Positions 1-12,459 of a stretch of DNA of 64,000 nt are shown one piece after another. The DNA lies in the NCBI RefSeq assembly GCF_009914755.1, contig NC_060934.1, one strand, 5' to 3'. How positions within the stretch are numbered: position 1 is the stretch's first letter; every line of letters begins with the position of its first letter. A program made the translations under genes and the position numbers. The notes under the pieces were generated by a model. It was not told the origin of the DNA, searched no databases, and worked only from the letters and a program-made list of their open reading frames with translations. The DNA comes from the human T2T-CHM13v2.0 reference genome, Homo sapiens.

Positions 1-971
1 GTAGCAGAGGCAGCTAGTAAAAAAGGGTGATGTTAGAATCCCTGATTGGTATTATAAAGAGCCAACAGATTGGCACACAAATAGAAATGCACCTAGCAAT
101 CTCTATTCTAAATCATTTAATTAAAGATACTATAATAATCAAAATAGATGACAGGAAAGAATATAGTGAATATTTCATAGCTAGCAATATATAAGATGTA
201 TGAGTTTCAGAATAGGGAGAATGGGCACCCTGAAAGCTAAAACTACAAAATAGGAACTCCAGTGATTTCCTGGTCAAAATATCACTAACGACCTAATATA
301 CTGTTAATAAATAACACTTAAAGAATTATAAAATATAATAGATGAGCTAGCAAAAGTAAATGACCAACTTTAATTAAAGTGATTACCTGAAACCACCCTT
401 AGCAGACAAGCCTATGCATGGAAGTTCAGACAACCAATGTTCCTAGAACAGCATGAACTTTATACCAATAGCCTTTACAGAACAAAGCATGGTCAAAATG
501 TATACTATAGATAAGTAACTAGGAATATGATAGCTAGCACAATTGGAACAACCTAAAAACAAAACAACAAAAGCTACACTGGGTTTAAAAAAATACGAAA
601 ACTACAAACTATGTCCCTAACAAAATGGAAACAATAGTCAGTGAAAAACAATAATCAGTGATTTTATCCAAAAACATTTAGCTATATCTACACAATACAG
701 AAATGTTAATTCCCTAAGGCTATCCAATGTATGCTATCCAATAAGCATTAGGCATATTTAAGCACTTAAAATGTGCCAGTACAAATGAGAAACCAAAATT
801 TTAATTAATTTATATTTAAATTGAAAAACTGATATTCTACTGAGTTACTGGAAAGTTTTGCTTATAACGATTTGGGTACGTGAATGTACCTGTTAGCTAT
901 ATGCCTTATGAAATCTCAATACAGATCAAGTATTTTCAATCAAAATTTGGCTTCCAAATTAAGGTGTGCTA

Positions 972-1615
<644 letters not shown>

Positions 1616-2328
1616 TTAAATGTGACTTTTAGAAAATTTAACATCACCTCTGTGTTTTGTATCACATATCTATTGCACAGTGCTGCTCTAAGGGATCAAT
1701 GGCTTGAAAAAGTGTGTCAGCTGTCAAAAATCTGAAATATCTGTCAGTCATGATTTATATGTAAAATATTATCTTATCCCTTAGTGTCACAAAATATTTC
1801 TTTAGGCTACCCAGAATTTGAATATTTATACATTTCAAAGTCATCTGTATCCTCTTCATACAGTGGATCGTTACAGATCATTAAAGTATTACTCTGGAGT
1901 TATTGTAAACTTTGGTAACATTTAATGGCCATTCTGACATCCAGGCTAAGTAATCAAGTAAAGAATGCTAATTAATCAAAGACTTATTGATTTCGTCTCT
2001 ATCTAAATTCCCTCGGCCATACTTTAACAATACTTTTGTTTCTACGAGAGCTAAACAAGGATCTTTAGTATAGGAAACATTTTGATAAGAATCATTTTAT
2101 AAAACAATTTTATGTTTACATATATACTTTTATATTTACCATATATATATACTTTACAAGCTGAACATTTTATACTCATAAATTTATATACTCAGCCTAT
2201 ACACTCATAAATTTATAAATATATTTACTATACACACATAAGTATATAAATGCATACGCACACACACCTGCACCCTCTCGCTCATAAATTTTCCCCTGGA
2301 AGAAAAGCATCAGAACTGCATGCCTTAG

Positions 2329-2471
2329 CAGTGCTTTCCCAACCTCTTTCATACCATGGCACGTTACAGAAAATTGTATTTGTAAGACACACTGGAGGAA
2401 ACTGTTAAGGCTGCTCAAGGCAGGGCATCACTATCTCAGCATGCTTGCAGCACACCAATTGGGAAGCTCGG
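2329..2471 (+). mobile_element. hAT-Charlie MITE (Charlie4z-like)
   Basis: Termini cagtgctttcccaacc ... aattgggaagctcgg form inverted repeats; internal sequence resembles Charlie4z. Confidence 0.65.
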
Positions 2472-3039
2472 TCTTAAAAGGCCCTGCAAAATACTGCAAG
2501 AACTCTCTGACTCGTATTTTGTTTTCGTCTGTCTCATATTTTATTCTTACTTATGCCTACAGTTGTGAAAATACAACCCCTCAACATTTTTAATAGCAAT
2601 ATCCAAAGAAGGCCACAAGATGGAGATATTACTCCATTTTCATTTATATTTGTATTTATGCATTTTTTCTGTATACGTTTCTATGTGTATCCTGCTTTCT
2701 TCCTCAGTGGTATTCTCAGCTACTACCTCTATCTCTAACATTATTCTAATTCCTCTGCCACTCGGTTTTAACTTGCTTTATTATAGAAATATATAATGAA
2801 TACTATCATGATCTTTGTTTTTAATATTAAAAGCAGGCAGATAATTGAAATATTTTCTTCTAGCTCTATATTTTCCCACTTCTCTAAAATTAAGATCACT
2901 TTTTTTTTACCCATTTTTATCCTGCGGGCAAACTTTTTTTAAAAAAATTGCTACCCACGAAGTAATAAGTAGTCCAAGAGTCATTTGCTCTAATACTTTC
3001 TACTACCTTGTAAAGCTACAGATTTATTACTTTGTGTCA

Positions 3040-3370
3040 ATATCACTCAAAACTTCTCTGGGACTTTTCTTTGAGAACAGTCCTCAAGGCAGTCTATCAG
3101 CATTACATGAAATGTATATTCAGATCTTTTTATCAATACAAAGTATTTATCCGAGCTTGCTAACCTAATTTAGTCACCAAATTTAGCTCCAAATGACTGT
3201 TAGCTATAGCCAAAAATCAAACCCAACTTTAAGATTTACTACTAATGAGGCTAATGTGAAGAATATGCAGCAAGCTTTGAAGGCAATTCAAAACAAGAAG
3301 CTTCAGTGATGTTTTAAGAGACAGCAGCATGTTGAAAAACTGTGAAGCTTTCCACAATAAACACTTGCAA
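3040..3370 (+). mobile_element. Ancient mariner relic (MARNA-like), degenerate transposase C-terminus
   Basis: tcaccaaatttagctccaaatgac = SPNLAPND (mariner YSPDLAPxD motif); downstream PKIK and ALKAI-like codons; stops and frameshifts. Confidence 0.7.
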
Positions 3371-3531
3371 AATCAATCTAATTTACTTTAAGTTAAATCT
3401 TATATACTTCCAAACGTGTGATATAAAAAGTCACTCATTGATTGTGTAAAACTACTATAGAACTGCACAACATGGCTGTCATTTGAACTTTATCAAATGT
3501 CTAAACTAAAATGCTTTAAACATAAGAAGTT

Positions 3532-3854
<323 letters not shown>

Positions 3855-6238
3855 CTACTACATATAAAAGATCCATAAAGAAATATTGTATGATATAATT
3901 AAAACACAATTTCCAGACTTCCTACTTTATATATATTTATATTATATATACTTATATATTAATATATTATATATATTTATACATGTTAACTTCCGCAAAT
4001 CAAACTTAATCACCAACTATCAATACAAAGCACCACTTTAAGTCAGAAAAGAACCTAAATAGTAATCTTATCTGTTAACGAAAAGTGTGGTAATTGAAAA
4101 TAACTGCCAATAAGATTTGCAATTAAAAAAAATTTTCTAAAAGTCAGAGGTTTCTTTTTAAAGTATAAATTCAGTTGGTCATGGAATAGATTCCTTAACC
4201 TGACCTGTTTTAATGGTATAAATAAAGTCCTTAAGTATTGACTAGAAATAAGAAGTTTCTACCTTCCTCATGTGTACGGACCCTAAGATTTCTTCATGGT
4301 CTATTCATACTTTCCCAGTAAATGGCAACAATGATCTTTTTCTTTCTGGTCATAACTCATTTTGACTACTGCTCACTATACAGGCCACAGTTGAGTTTCA
4401 TGTAACAGTTTAAAATTCTATTTCCTTCTATAACCAGGAGTTGTATGTATTCCAGAATGTGTTTAACCAAGGAAATTACGTCATTTTAGAATTCTAGTAT
4501 TTGCTCTTAGTGGCATCTTAACGTTGCTCTTCTCCATTTTAACACTGCTGCATATACTATGGCATGTCCTTTAATTCTTGATCTTAGATTATTAGCTTTA
4601 ATATTAAGCAACTCAAATATATTAGTTAACTGTGTAGCTGCACAGAGCTTAATGCCTACTGCCTCAGTAGCAATAAAACAGGCATCCATCTGATAATGAA
4701 GTATACTGTTTTATACACATATTCTAACAAAAATGTAGAACGTGGCATGCCCTTGCTTTTGCAATATGCCTGGTTACATGTGAGATTTCAGTTGCTGGAT
4801 GATGTAATCAGAAACACTTATCAAATATGGTGAATGAATCCTCACCTTGCTTAATTTAGTATTACATAAGATGGGAAATGAAACATAAATTCTAGATTAA
4901 ATTTCTAATTAGGTCCTTATGACACGCTTAGACAAAAAATTTCAGTAAATATAAGTAATACTCAAATATCAACTATTCAGTTCTTAAAATGAAATACTAT
5001 GCTGTTATTTAAAACATGTAATCATATTTTTACATTCATTAGTATAGGGCCCATCTTTTACAATTAAGTGTTTTGATGAAAATAAAGATTTTTGAAAATA
5101 TGACTGTGACTTCATTATAAAATGATCTAGGGTCCTGCTTCATCCAATCAGAAATCTCTCTTTCCACTGCAATTCCTTTCCTTTATTTTTGTATAACTCT
5201 GTAAGAAAGGCTTTGGAATTGTTTTCAACTAGGTGGAATTAACTGGTATCATTACTGTCTAAACAGACCCAATAATGCCCACAGTGGAAAACAGTTCTGA
5301 AAGTCACATAGTACCATTTATGGAATAAGCAGTTCACTGAGAGAGAGCATAACAAAGCTGAGAAAAGGTTTATTACAGACACTAGGCATTTTATCAAACA
5401 ACTTTTATTGGCATTACTTACAACTGCCATATAAATTCTCCTCTCAGCAATCAAGTCAAATAACCTCAACCTCTGTTTTATTCTCAACATTGAACAAAAT
5501 ATGATTGTGAAATTAACCACATTAAACCAATCACTAGGTAAACTGGTAACCCATATAACGTTTTAGAATATATTTCTAGGAATAATTGTAATAGCAGAAG
5601 CCATTCCACTTTCCCAGTTCAACTTAGGCTATTGTCTATGAATAACAAAAGATACAATATTCTAAGAGTGTTCTCATAATTAGTGTAAAGAAAAAACTGA
5701 GAATAGCATAAAAGGAAAAAGGAAACTTAAAACTAAAAGAAAGTCTCTGTTCCATCAGCTCTAGATTATATGTGGCAAAATTTTCACAATAGACTTGCTT
5801 TATCCCATAAAATTGGCTCAGGCATCTTCCACTAAACTATACATATCACAAAAAGAGTGTGTACATAAGAAAACTAATTTTATGATAATTCTATCTGATG
5901 CAAAGATGTATACAATTAAACAAGTACTTATTCAGCTCTAACGCTATGCATGCCTACATCAGAAATATAAATGACTGAAAGGTTATCTACCATTCTAGAT
6001 TCTGTGTATCTCTTTCTCCAAATTAAAAAAAATTGGATTCTACAATAAAAATGGGGAAGCTATTATTACACAACACACATGTACAAAGGAATAGACTCCA
6101 CAGAGAAAGACTGAACTACACTCAACACCACAAGCTCAGTGGATTCCACTGCAAGAATCACTGGACAAAATTGATAATCACAGTACAAATTCACCATCAT
6201 TCATGAATGAAATCATCATCTTCATTTCTAAAAAGGAC

Positions 6239-6707
6239 TGTGATGGGCTTTAGGGAGGCCCCATTAACTGGTTTTTCCCATCCAAAAAACTGAGTGGACA
6301 CAGGAGTCGGGCAGACAAGAGATGAACCTTTATAACTGATACAGCTATTGAAGAATACAGGTTAAATGTGATGGCCAAATGGGCTTGCTAGCAATTTGTG
6401 CCCTCTCCTCTACATTCTAGACTTTGAGACAGTATGCTCAAGGGTAAGTCTGGTTAGGATAATTGCCTTACTGGTCTGGGCAGAGAGGTGCAAAGAGACT
6501 GATTCCCACTACTCATAGCTTTCTGACTGATCAGCTCTTCCTAATCAAGCAAAACAGAGCAAAGGCAATCACCCTCCAGTAAGGTAACTCACACCGCCAT
6601 GGTAAGATGTTAGAGATGGGTCTAGTGATCAGTGGTGTTTTTTTAGGGAAGTTCCTCCCAACCATGGGGCACGGATGAATGGGCAATAATTGTCCCTCCT
6701 CTAAACA
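6239..6707. mobile_element. Possible ancient solo LTR (LTR78/79 or MamGyp-like)
   Basis: GC-richer block bounded by TG...CA within the AT-rich intron; family not securely recognised. Confidence 0.3.
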
Positions 6708-7120
6708 GGCTAGCTAATCTGTACATTTGAAAATACAGGCCGAATGAGCTTAAAAGGTTTATTAATTCCTATCTAAAAATTAAAATCCAAATATTTTATA
6801 AGCACATCCCTGTTCTTCTGCTTTTCTTCTGTTAACCAAGTTTCAGCATTCATTTGAATATAAGGATTTAGTTATAAAACACGAGAGAAAGAGAATGAAG
6901 CACATTTTCTAGCTACATAAATAGAAGTCTGTAATGACTGACTGGCACCATGAAGACAAATCTTGACTTCAGCATAAAGTAAATACTACAAAATTTAAGA
7001 TAATTTAGCTTGTCATTATTTCAATTCACAGATTTTTTTAAATGAATATGAAGTGTTTACTGTTGGCTAGAATTACTGTATACAAAGGATAAGGAAAGTC
7101 ATGGTCCCAAAAGACAATTA

Positions 7121-7573
<453 letters not shown>

Positions 7574-8476
7574 CTACACTCCTCTCTCATCTTCCCCCCA
7601 TCTCCTCTGAAAAGATGCAATATCCAAATTGGAGTGCCCTATTATTAAAGTCATTCTAAACATGGTATGAATGACTAATAAATCATCTGTATATACCCCC
7701 CAACAAAGACTTCTGCAACCCCTTTCTAGACTTCTAGAATGGACGTGAAATCTAAGGATACATGGAAGAAGATTCTTCTGCTGCCTGAAGGCTGTGAAAG
7801 ATTACATAGAAGTAAAATCTGTTGAGTAAAAACTGTCAAGCAACTACTTGTTTGGGGAATTACAGTTTGCATTTAGTTACAATGTTTATAATGTTTGATT
7901 CAATAAATATTTAGGTGTTTACTATGTGCCTTACTATGAAGAAAATAAAAAGCTACCATCTGTCCTAAAAATGAGGCAACTAACTTGTCCAAGGTCATAA
8001 GGTGGTCTGGTCCAAGTTCTAAGTCATCTGTTATTCAGATTATAGAGCTTAGAGAGTAACTGAGTTATCTTATACCTGGTGGATAAGGGGATAAAGAAGA
8101 TGCCACAGACAGTCACTACCATCTCTGCCTTCTAGTTTAGGATATGGATATCTCAAAAGAATGTTCTATATTAATTGTCTCCAATTCTTCCCTTTCATTC
8201 TCTCCTGAACCCAATCTACCCAGACTACTGAACTCACCACTTCACCAAAACAGTTCTTACTGAGGTAGCCTGTGACCGCCATACGGTTAATTCCAACGGT
8301 GAAGTCTCAAAGCTCATCTTATTTGAATCATCATCATCATTTAACCCAGCTGATCCCTTTGTCTTTGAAACACTTTTTTCACTTGACTGAAGAGAACCTT
8401 GTATTGGTTTGCCTCCTACCTTACTGGTCGTTCCTGCTCTATCTTCTTTGTTGATTCCCCTCCATCTTCTTGACTC

Positions 8477-8776
8477 TTTTTTTTTTTTTTTTTTTTTTGA
8501 GACGGAGTCTCGCTCTGTCGCCCAGGCTGGAGTGCAGTGGCACAATCTTGGCTCACTGCAACCTCCGCCTCCCGGGTTCAAGCAGTTCTCTACCTCAGCC
8601 TCCCGAGTAGCTGGGATTCCAGGCGCCTGCCACCACGCCTGGCTAATTTTTATCTTTTTAGTAGAAACGGGGTTTTACCATGTTGGCCAGGCTGGTCTTG
8701 AACTCCTGACCTCGTGATCCACCCGCCTCAGCCTCCCAAAGTGCTGGGATTACAGGCGTGAGCCACCACACCCGGC
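8477..8776 (-). mobile_element. AluS-type element
   Basis: Antisense dimer; TSD cttgactctt on both sides. Confidence 0.95.
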
Positions 8777-9628
8777 TCCTTGACTCTTAAAGTCTGGAAT
8801 CCCCAAGGCTTATTAGCTCCCAGATCTCTTCTCTTCTCTTTTACGTTCACTCCCTTGGTGAACTCATCCAGTTTTGTGGCTTCAAGTTACTCTCTAAGTG
8901 CCTCGGACTCCCAAATTCCTATCTACAGCCCTAAACTTTCTTCTTGTAACTCTACACCTGAATAACCAATTGCCTACATACCAGCTCAACTTCAACGTTT
9001 AACAGACACCCCAAATTTAGCATGTCCGTAAACCAAATTCCTGATGTTCTCCAAACCAGGCTCCTAGTCCAGGTTTCTCCATCTCAACAAATGGCAATTG
9101 CATCCTTCCAGTTACTGAAGCCAAAAATCTTTAGAATTATCTTCAGTTTCTCTTTTTCTCTCGCATACCACATTCAAGCCATCAGTAAAATTCTGTTTGC
9201 TCCATGTTGAAATTCAATCCAGAATCTGACCATTTTGCACCACCTCCACTGCTACCACCCAGGTCCAATCTATACCACAATTATCCCTCTAAGTAACTAA
9301 TGCCTCACAGACTATACTCAGTACACTAAAGAGATCATTTTGAAATTCAAGTCAAATCATGTATCTTTTCTGTTCAAACACCACCTCCCCCAACTTACTT
9401 ATAAGTAAAAGCCGAAGTCCTTACAATGGCCTACAAAGCCCTACATGGTCTTCCCTTACCACCTATGACTCAGATCTTGTCTCCTATTGCTGTTCTCCCA
9501 TTACTGTTTTCCTTGATCACTCTGCTCCAGCCACACTGCCTGCCTTGCTATTCCTCAAACGCTAAGCAAGCTCTTGCCTCCTGGCCTTTGTGCTTACTGT
9601 CTGCTCTTCCTTGAATGTCCTTCTACCA

Positions 9629-9987
9629 TGCTATGGTCTGAATGTTTTTGTCCTTCGAAATTCTTATGTTGAAATCTAATCCCCATTGTGACAGTAATAC
9701 AAGGTGGGGCCTCTGTGAGGTGATTATATCACGAAGGTGGAGTCCTAATGGATGAGATTAGTGTCCTTATAAAAGAAGCCCCAGAGAGCTGCCCTGCCCG
9801 TACCACCATGTGAGGACACAGCAAGAAGGTGCCATCTATGACCAGAAGGCCCTCACCAGACACAGAATCTGCCGGTGCCTTAATCTTGGATTTCCCAGCC
9901 TCCAGAATTGTGAGAAATCAAGTTCTCCTGTTGAAAAGCTGTCCAGTTCATGGCATTTTGCTATGGCAGCCCAAATGGCCTACAACA
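9629..9987 (+). mobile_element. MaLR solo LTR (MLT1A/MLT1A0-like)
   Basis: tgctatggtctgaatgt start, ccttataaaaga TATA, ttcccagcctccagaa, ...aaca end. Confidence 0.85.
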
Positions 9988-12231
9988 CAACAATTACCCA
10001 CATGGCTTACTCCCTAACTTCTCTCAGAGGCCTGCTCTGACCATATAACATTTATATTTACTTACTTGGCTGTTTACTGTCTGTTTCTCCCTACTGAATT
10101 ATAAGCTTAGGGGTTTTGTTTTATATAAAGGTCAACTCCCAATGCTTAAAATCCAATAGGCACCAAACAAATCTCTGTTGCGTGAACAAGAAGAGATTAG
10201 TGCACAGAGCCAGGTCACCACTTTCAGCAGCCTACCTACTTTGTTCTGGTCCCTCATGTTTGGCTAGTCACCAAATGGCTCTGGCTTGAAAACTACACAT
10301 GAAAGACCCTGGACAGGTTGCATTTGTCTCCACCAAATTTCTGGTCCCTGAAAGTCATCTAACAAAGTTAAGATTCAATGTAAAGAAAAAAACTTGTTCC
10401 ATTCAGTTTCTCTGCTTGGACAGAATAAAATTCCTCCTGGCATTCTTTCCAATTTTAATACAGCTGGATAGAGAAACACAGGTTAAAACAATTTTCTGGA
10501 TCCTTCTTTTCGGATTCTACCTTGACAAAGAATCTTCTTGATTATCTATGCTTCTTTATTTTCTCATCTTTGCCCAGAGAGTCAAGTGCTCTGGTTGTTC
10601 ACACTGCCTAATTAACTATGCAAATCAAGTTACATGAAATTATAAATGAAAATTCTATGAGTGTTCACATGCAAAGCTAGATTACATGATCTAAATTTTA
10701 AACTGCTACTAAATTTCTGTTCTCTTAAAGGCACTTAATTTTTCATGAATAACTGGATCTTCAAGATTTCTGGATAGATTATGTTTAAGACTCTCTTTAC
10801 GTACAGAATGTAATCAATGATAAATTCTAATTATTCCCAGTATTAAAGTAGTTCTTAAAAGTCATCAGAGCTTCACTAATTATTTTTACACATACTCCAT
10901 CATTTGCTTTGAAAATGAGATATATAGTGTATCTATAAGCAGGGAGGGGCACCAGGCAACAGATCATAAATATAGTTATTACAAAGTTGCTTGCACATAT
11001 GAATCTGAAGTGTGAAATGCCTATACTTTATAACTCTTACAAAAATAAAAAATTGTTTCACTCATGGTACCCTGGCAACCCAGCAATTTTATATTCACTG
11101 ATGGAATGAAAATGCAATGTCTGAAAATTAAAATTCAGTAAAAGTTCAATAGTTCACCCACATTTATGATAACCTATGGGGGAAGGGGATGTGCATTTCA
11201 TATCTAGTCATGTGAAGTGTGCCTTGAATGGCAACTATCGTAAACATTAATTTTTTACTCCCATAACTATTCAAAGCATTGTACGAAGGGCTCAATCAGA
11301 TCGTGTGAAGTGTACATTTTTCACCCCATAAGCCTGAAATCAGCGAAATGTTATCTTCTCCTTCGCACAAGGCTTCAGGTAGAGACTGGATATCTACCCT
11401 CACTCAACCACCCTCAATGGTAGAACTAAAAAGCAACAAATGGATTTTACAAGTTAATGTCTTAAGCTATAGAAGAAAACGAAATGAAACAAAAGGAAAA
11501 GGGGAAAAAAAAACCCATTCCTACATTACTGACCGGGGGCTTCTCTTCCAATCGCATCCCAAGTCCTTTGCTGCTCAAAAAACTTAACACCTCCAACCTG
11601 GTTAGACGCTTCAAATTCCTCCAGATTTCTAAACTGCGAAAGCGAAACAAACATCTACCTAACAGGCTAAAAAGATGACGAAGTACAAAGTAAGAAAAAC
11701 TTTTGCAACACAGACACTGGCCACAGTGCATTCCTACTTTCCCAGAAGGGAAGAGGAGGGGAGGCAGCTGAAATAAGAATAAGGATGAGGTAAGTATCGG
11801 TGGAAGATGACAGTTTAGGGTGAGAAGCGGCTGCTCTTTCTCACATTCAGGGGGACAGGAAGGCAAAAGGTAGGTGTTAAATTAAAAAAAAAAAAAAGTC
11901 TACCCACACCACTCTTCGTTCTTCCTCCAGCACAGCTGGAGGGGGAAGGCTCTTCCCCAGAACGCCGGAGCAGAGAGAAGGCATCGCCACCCTAGGCTAG
12001 TGGCGCCGTCCAGCCTGTCACTGGGGCTGGGACTAGAAAAGTTGAAGCAGGAGTAAAGATCTGGGGAAGACGGACACGTCCTTCCAAGGCTGAGGACCCC
12101 GGTGACCCGAGCTGAGGGCAGCCAGAGCCCGGGGTGACCAAGCCCTGCCCTACGTGTCCGGCTGTCTCTGAGGAACCGGGTCGCCTGACGCCTGCCCTGG
12201 CCCCTCTCCGCCCGGCCCCGCGCGCCTCCTT

Positions 12232-12240
12232 GCTTACCTG
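12232..12240 (-). other. DNAJC1: 5' splice donor of DNAJC1 intron 1 (CAG|GTAAGC)
   Basis: + strand gcttacctg is the reverse complement of CAGGTAAGC, a near-consensus U1 site; phase 0. Confidence 0.95.
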
Positions 12241-12459
12241 CTGCACCCCGAGGAACTGGTAGAAGTTGAGCTGCACCTCCTCCACTAAGTCAAACAACTC
12301 CAGGTCTCCGCTCTCCCAGCCGCGCGCCGGCGCCACGGCGGCCAGCAGCAGCAGCAGCAGCCACAGCAGCGGCGTCCGCGGCGGCGGCGGCGGGAACGGC
12401 ACCAGCCCGAGCTGGCGGCGTCCAGGAAGCTGCGCCGGCTGGGAGCAAGGAGCCGTCAT
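12238..12459 (-). CDS. DNAJC1: DNAJC1 (ERdj1/MTJ1) coding exon 1: long signal peptide plus start of the lumenal J-domain region
   Basis: Translation MTAPCSQPAQLPGRRQLGLVPFPPPPPRTPLLWLLLLLLAAVAPARGWESGDLELFDLVEEVQLNFYQFLGVQQ recognised as the DNAJC1 N-terminus; NFYQFLGV resembles J-domain helix I. ATG at 12459 has G at -3. 222 nt ends at canonical donor CAG|GTAAGC. Confidence 0.97.
12343..12393 (-). repeat. Coding trinucleotide repeats: (CTG)6 poly-Leu and (CCG)5 poly-Pro in the signal peptide
   Basis: + strand (CAG)6 at 12343-12360 and (CGG)5 at 12379-12393. Confidence 0.95.

Larger units (their letters stand above)
8130..10185 (+). mobile_element. L2 LINE (RT region to 3' end), interrupted by an Alu and a MaLR LTR
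   Basis: Degenerate L2 RT-encoding sequence (ctcctgaacccaatc..., cacttcaccaaaacagttc...), pyrimidine-rich L2 body, L2-type 3' end. Confidence 0.8.

Noticed and set aside
1-700. A-rich segment possibly an ancient L1/HAL1 relic
   Set aside because: Too degenerate to assign by eye.
2100-2250. AT-rich direct repeats (actcataaatttata x2); similar low-complexity tracts at about 3925-3980 and 49720-49770
   Set aside because: Ordinary slippage-derived low-complexity DNA.
10950-11240. Cluster of GGCAAC half-sites including GTACCCTGGCAAC (11067)
   Set aside because: Only one approximates a full X-box; short motifs are expected by chance.
11992-12237. C-terminal 81 aa of the 155-aa ORF (VSKEARG...)
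   Set aside because: Read-through into intron 1 past the strong CAG|GTAAGC donor; not part of the recognised DNAJC1 protein.
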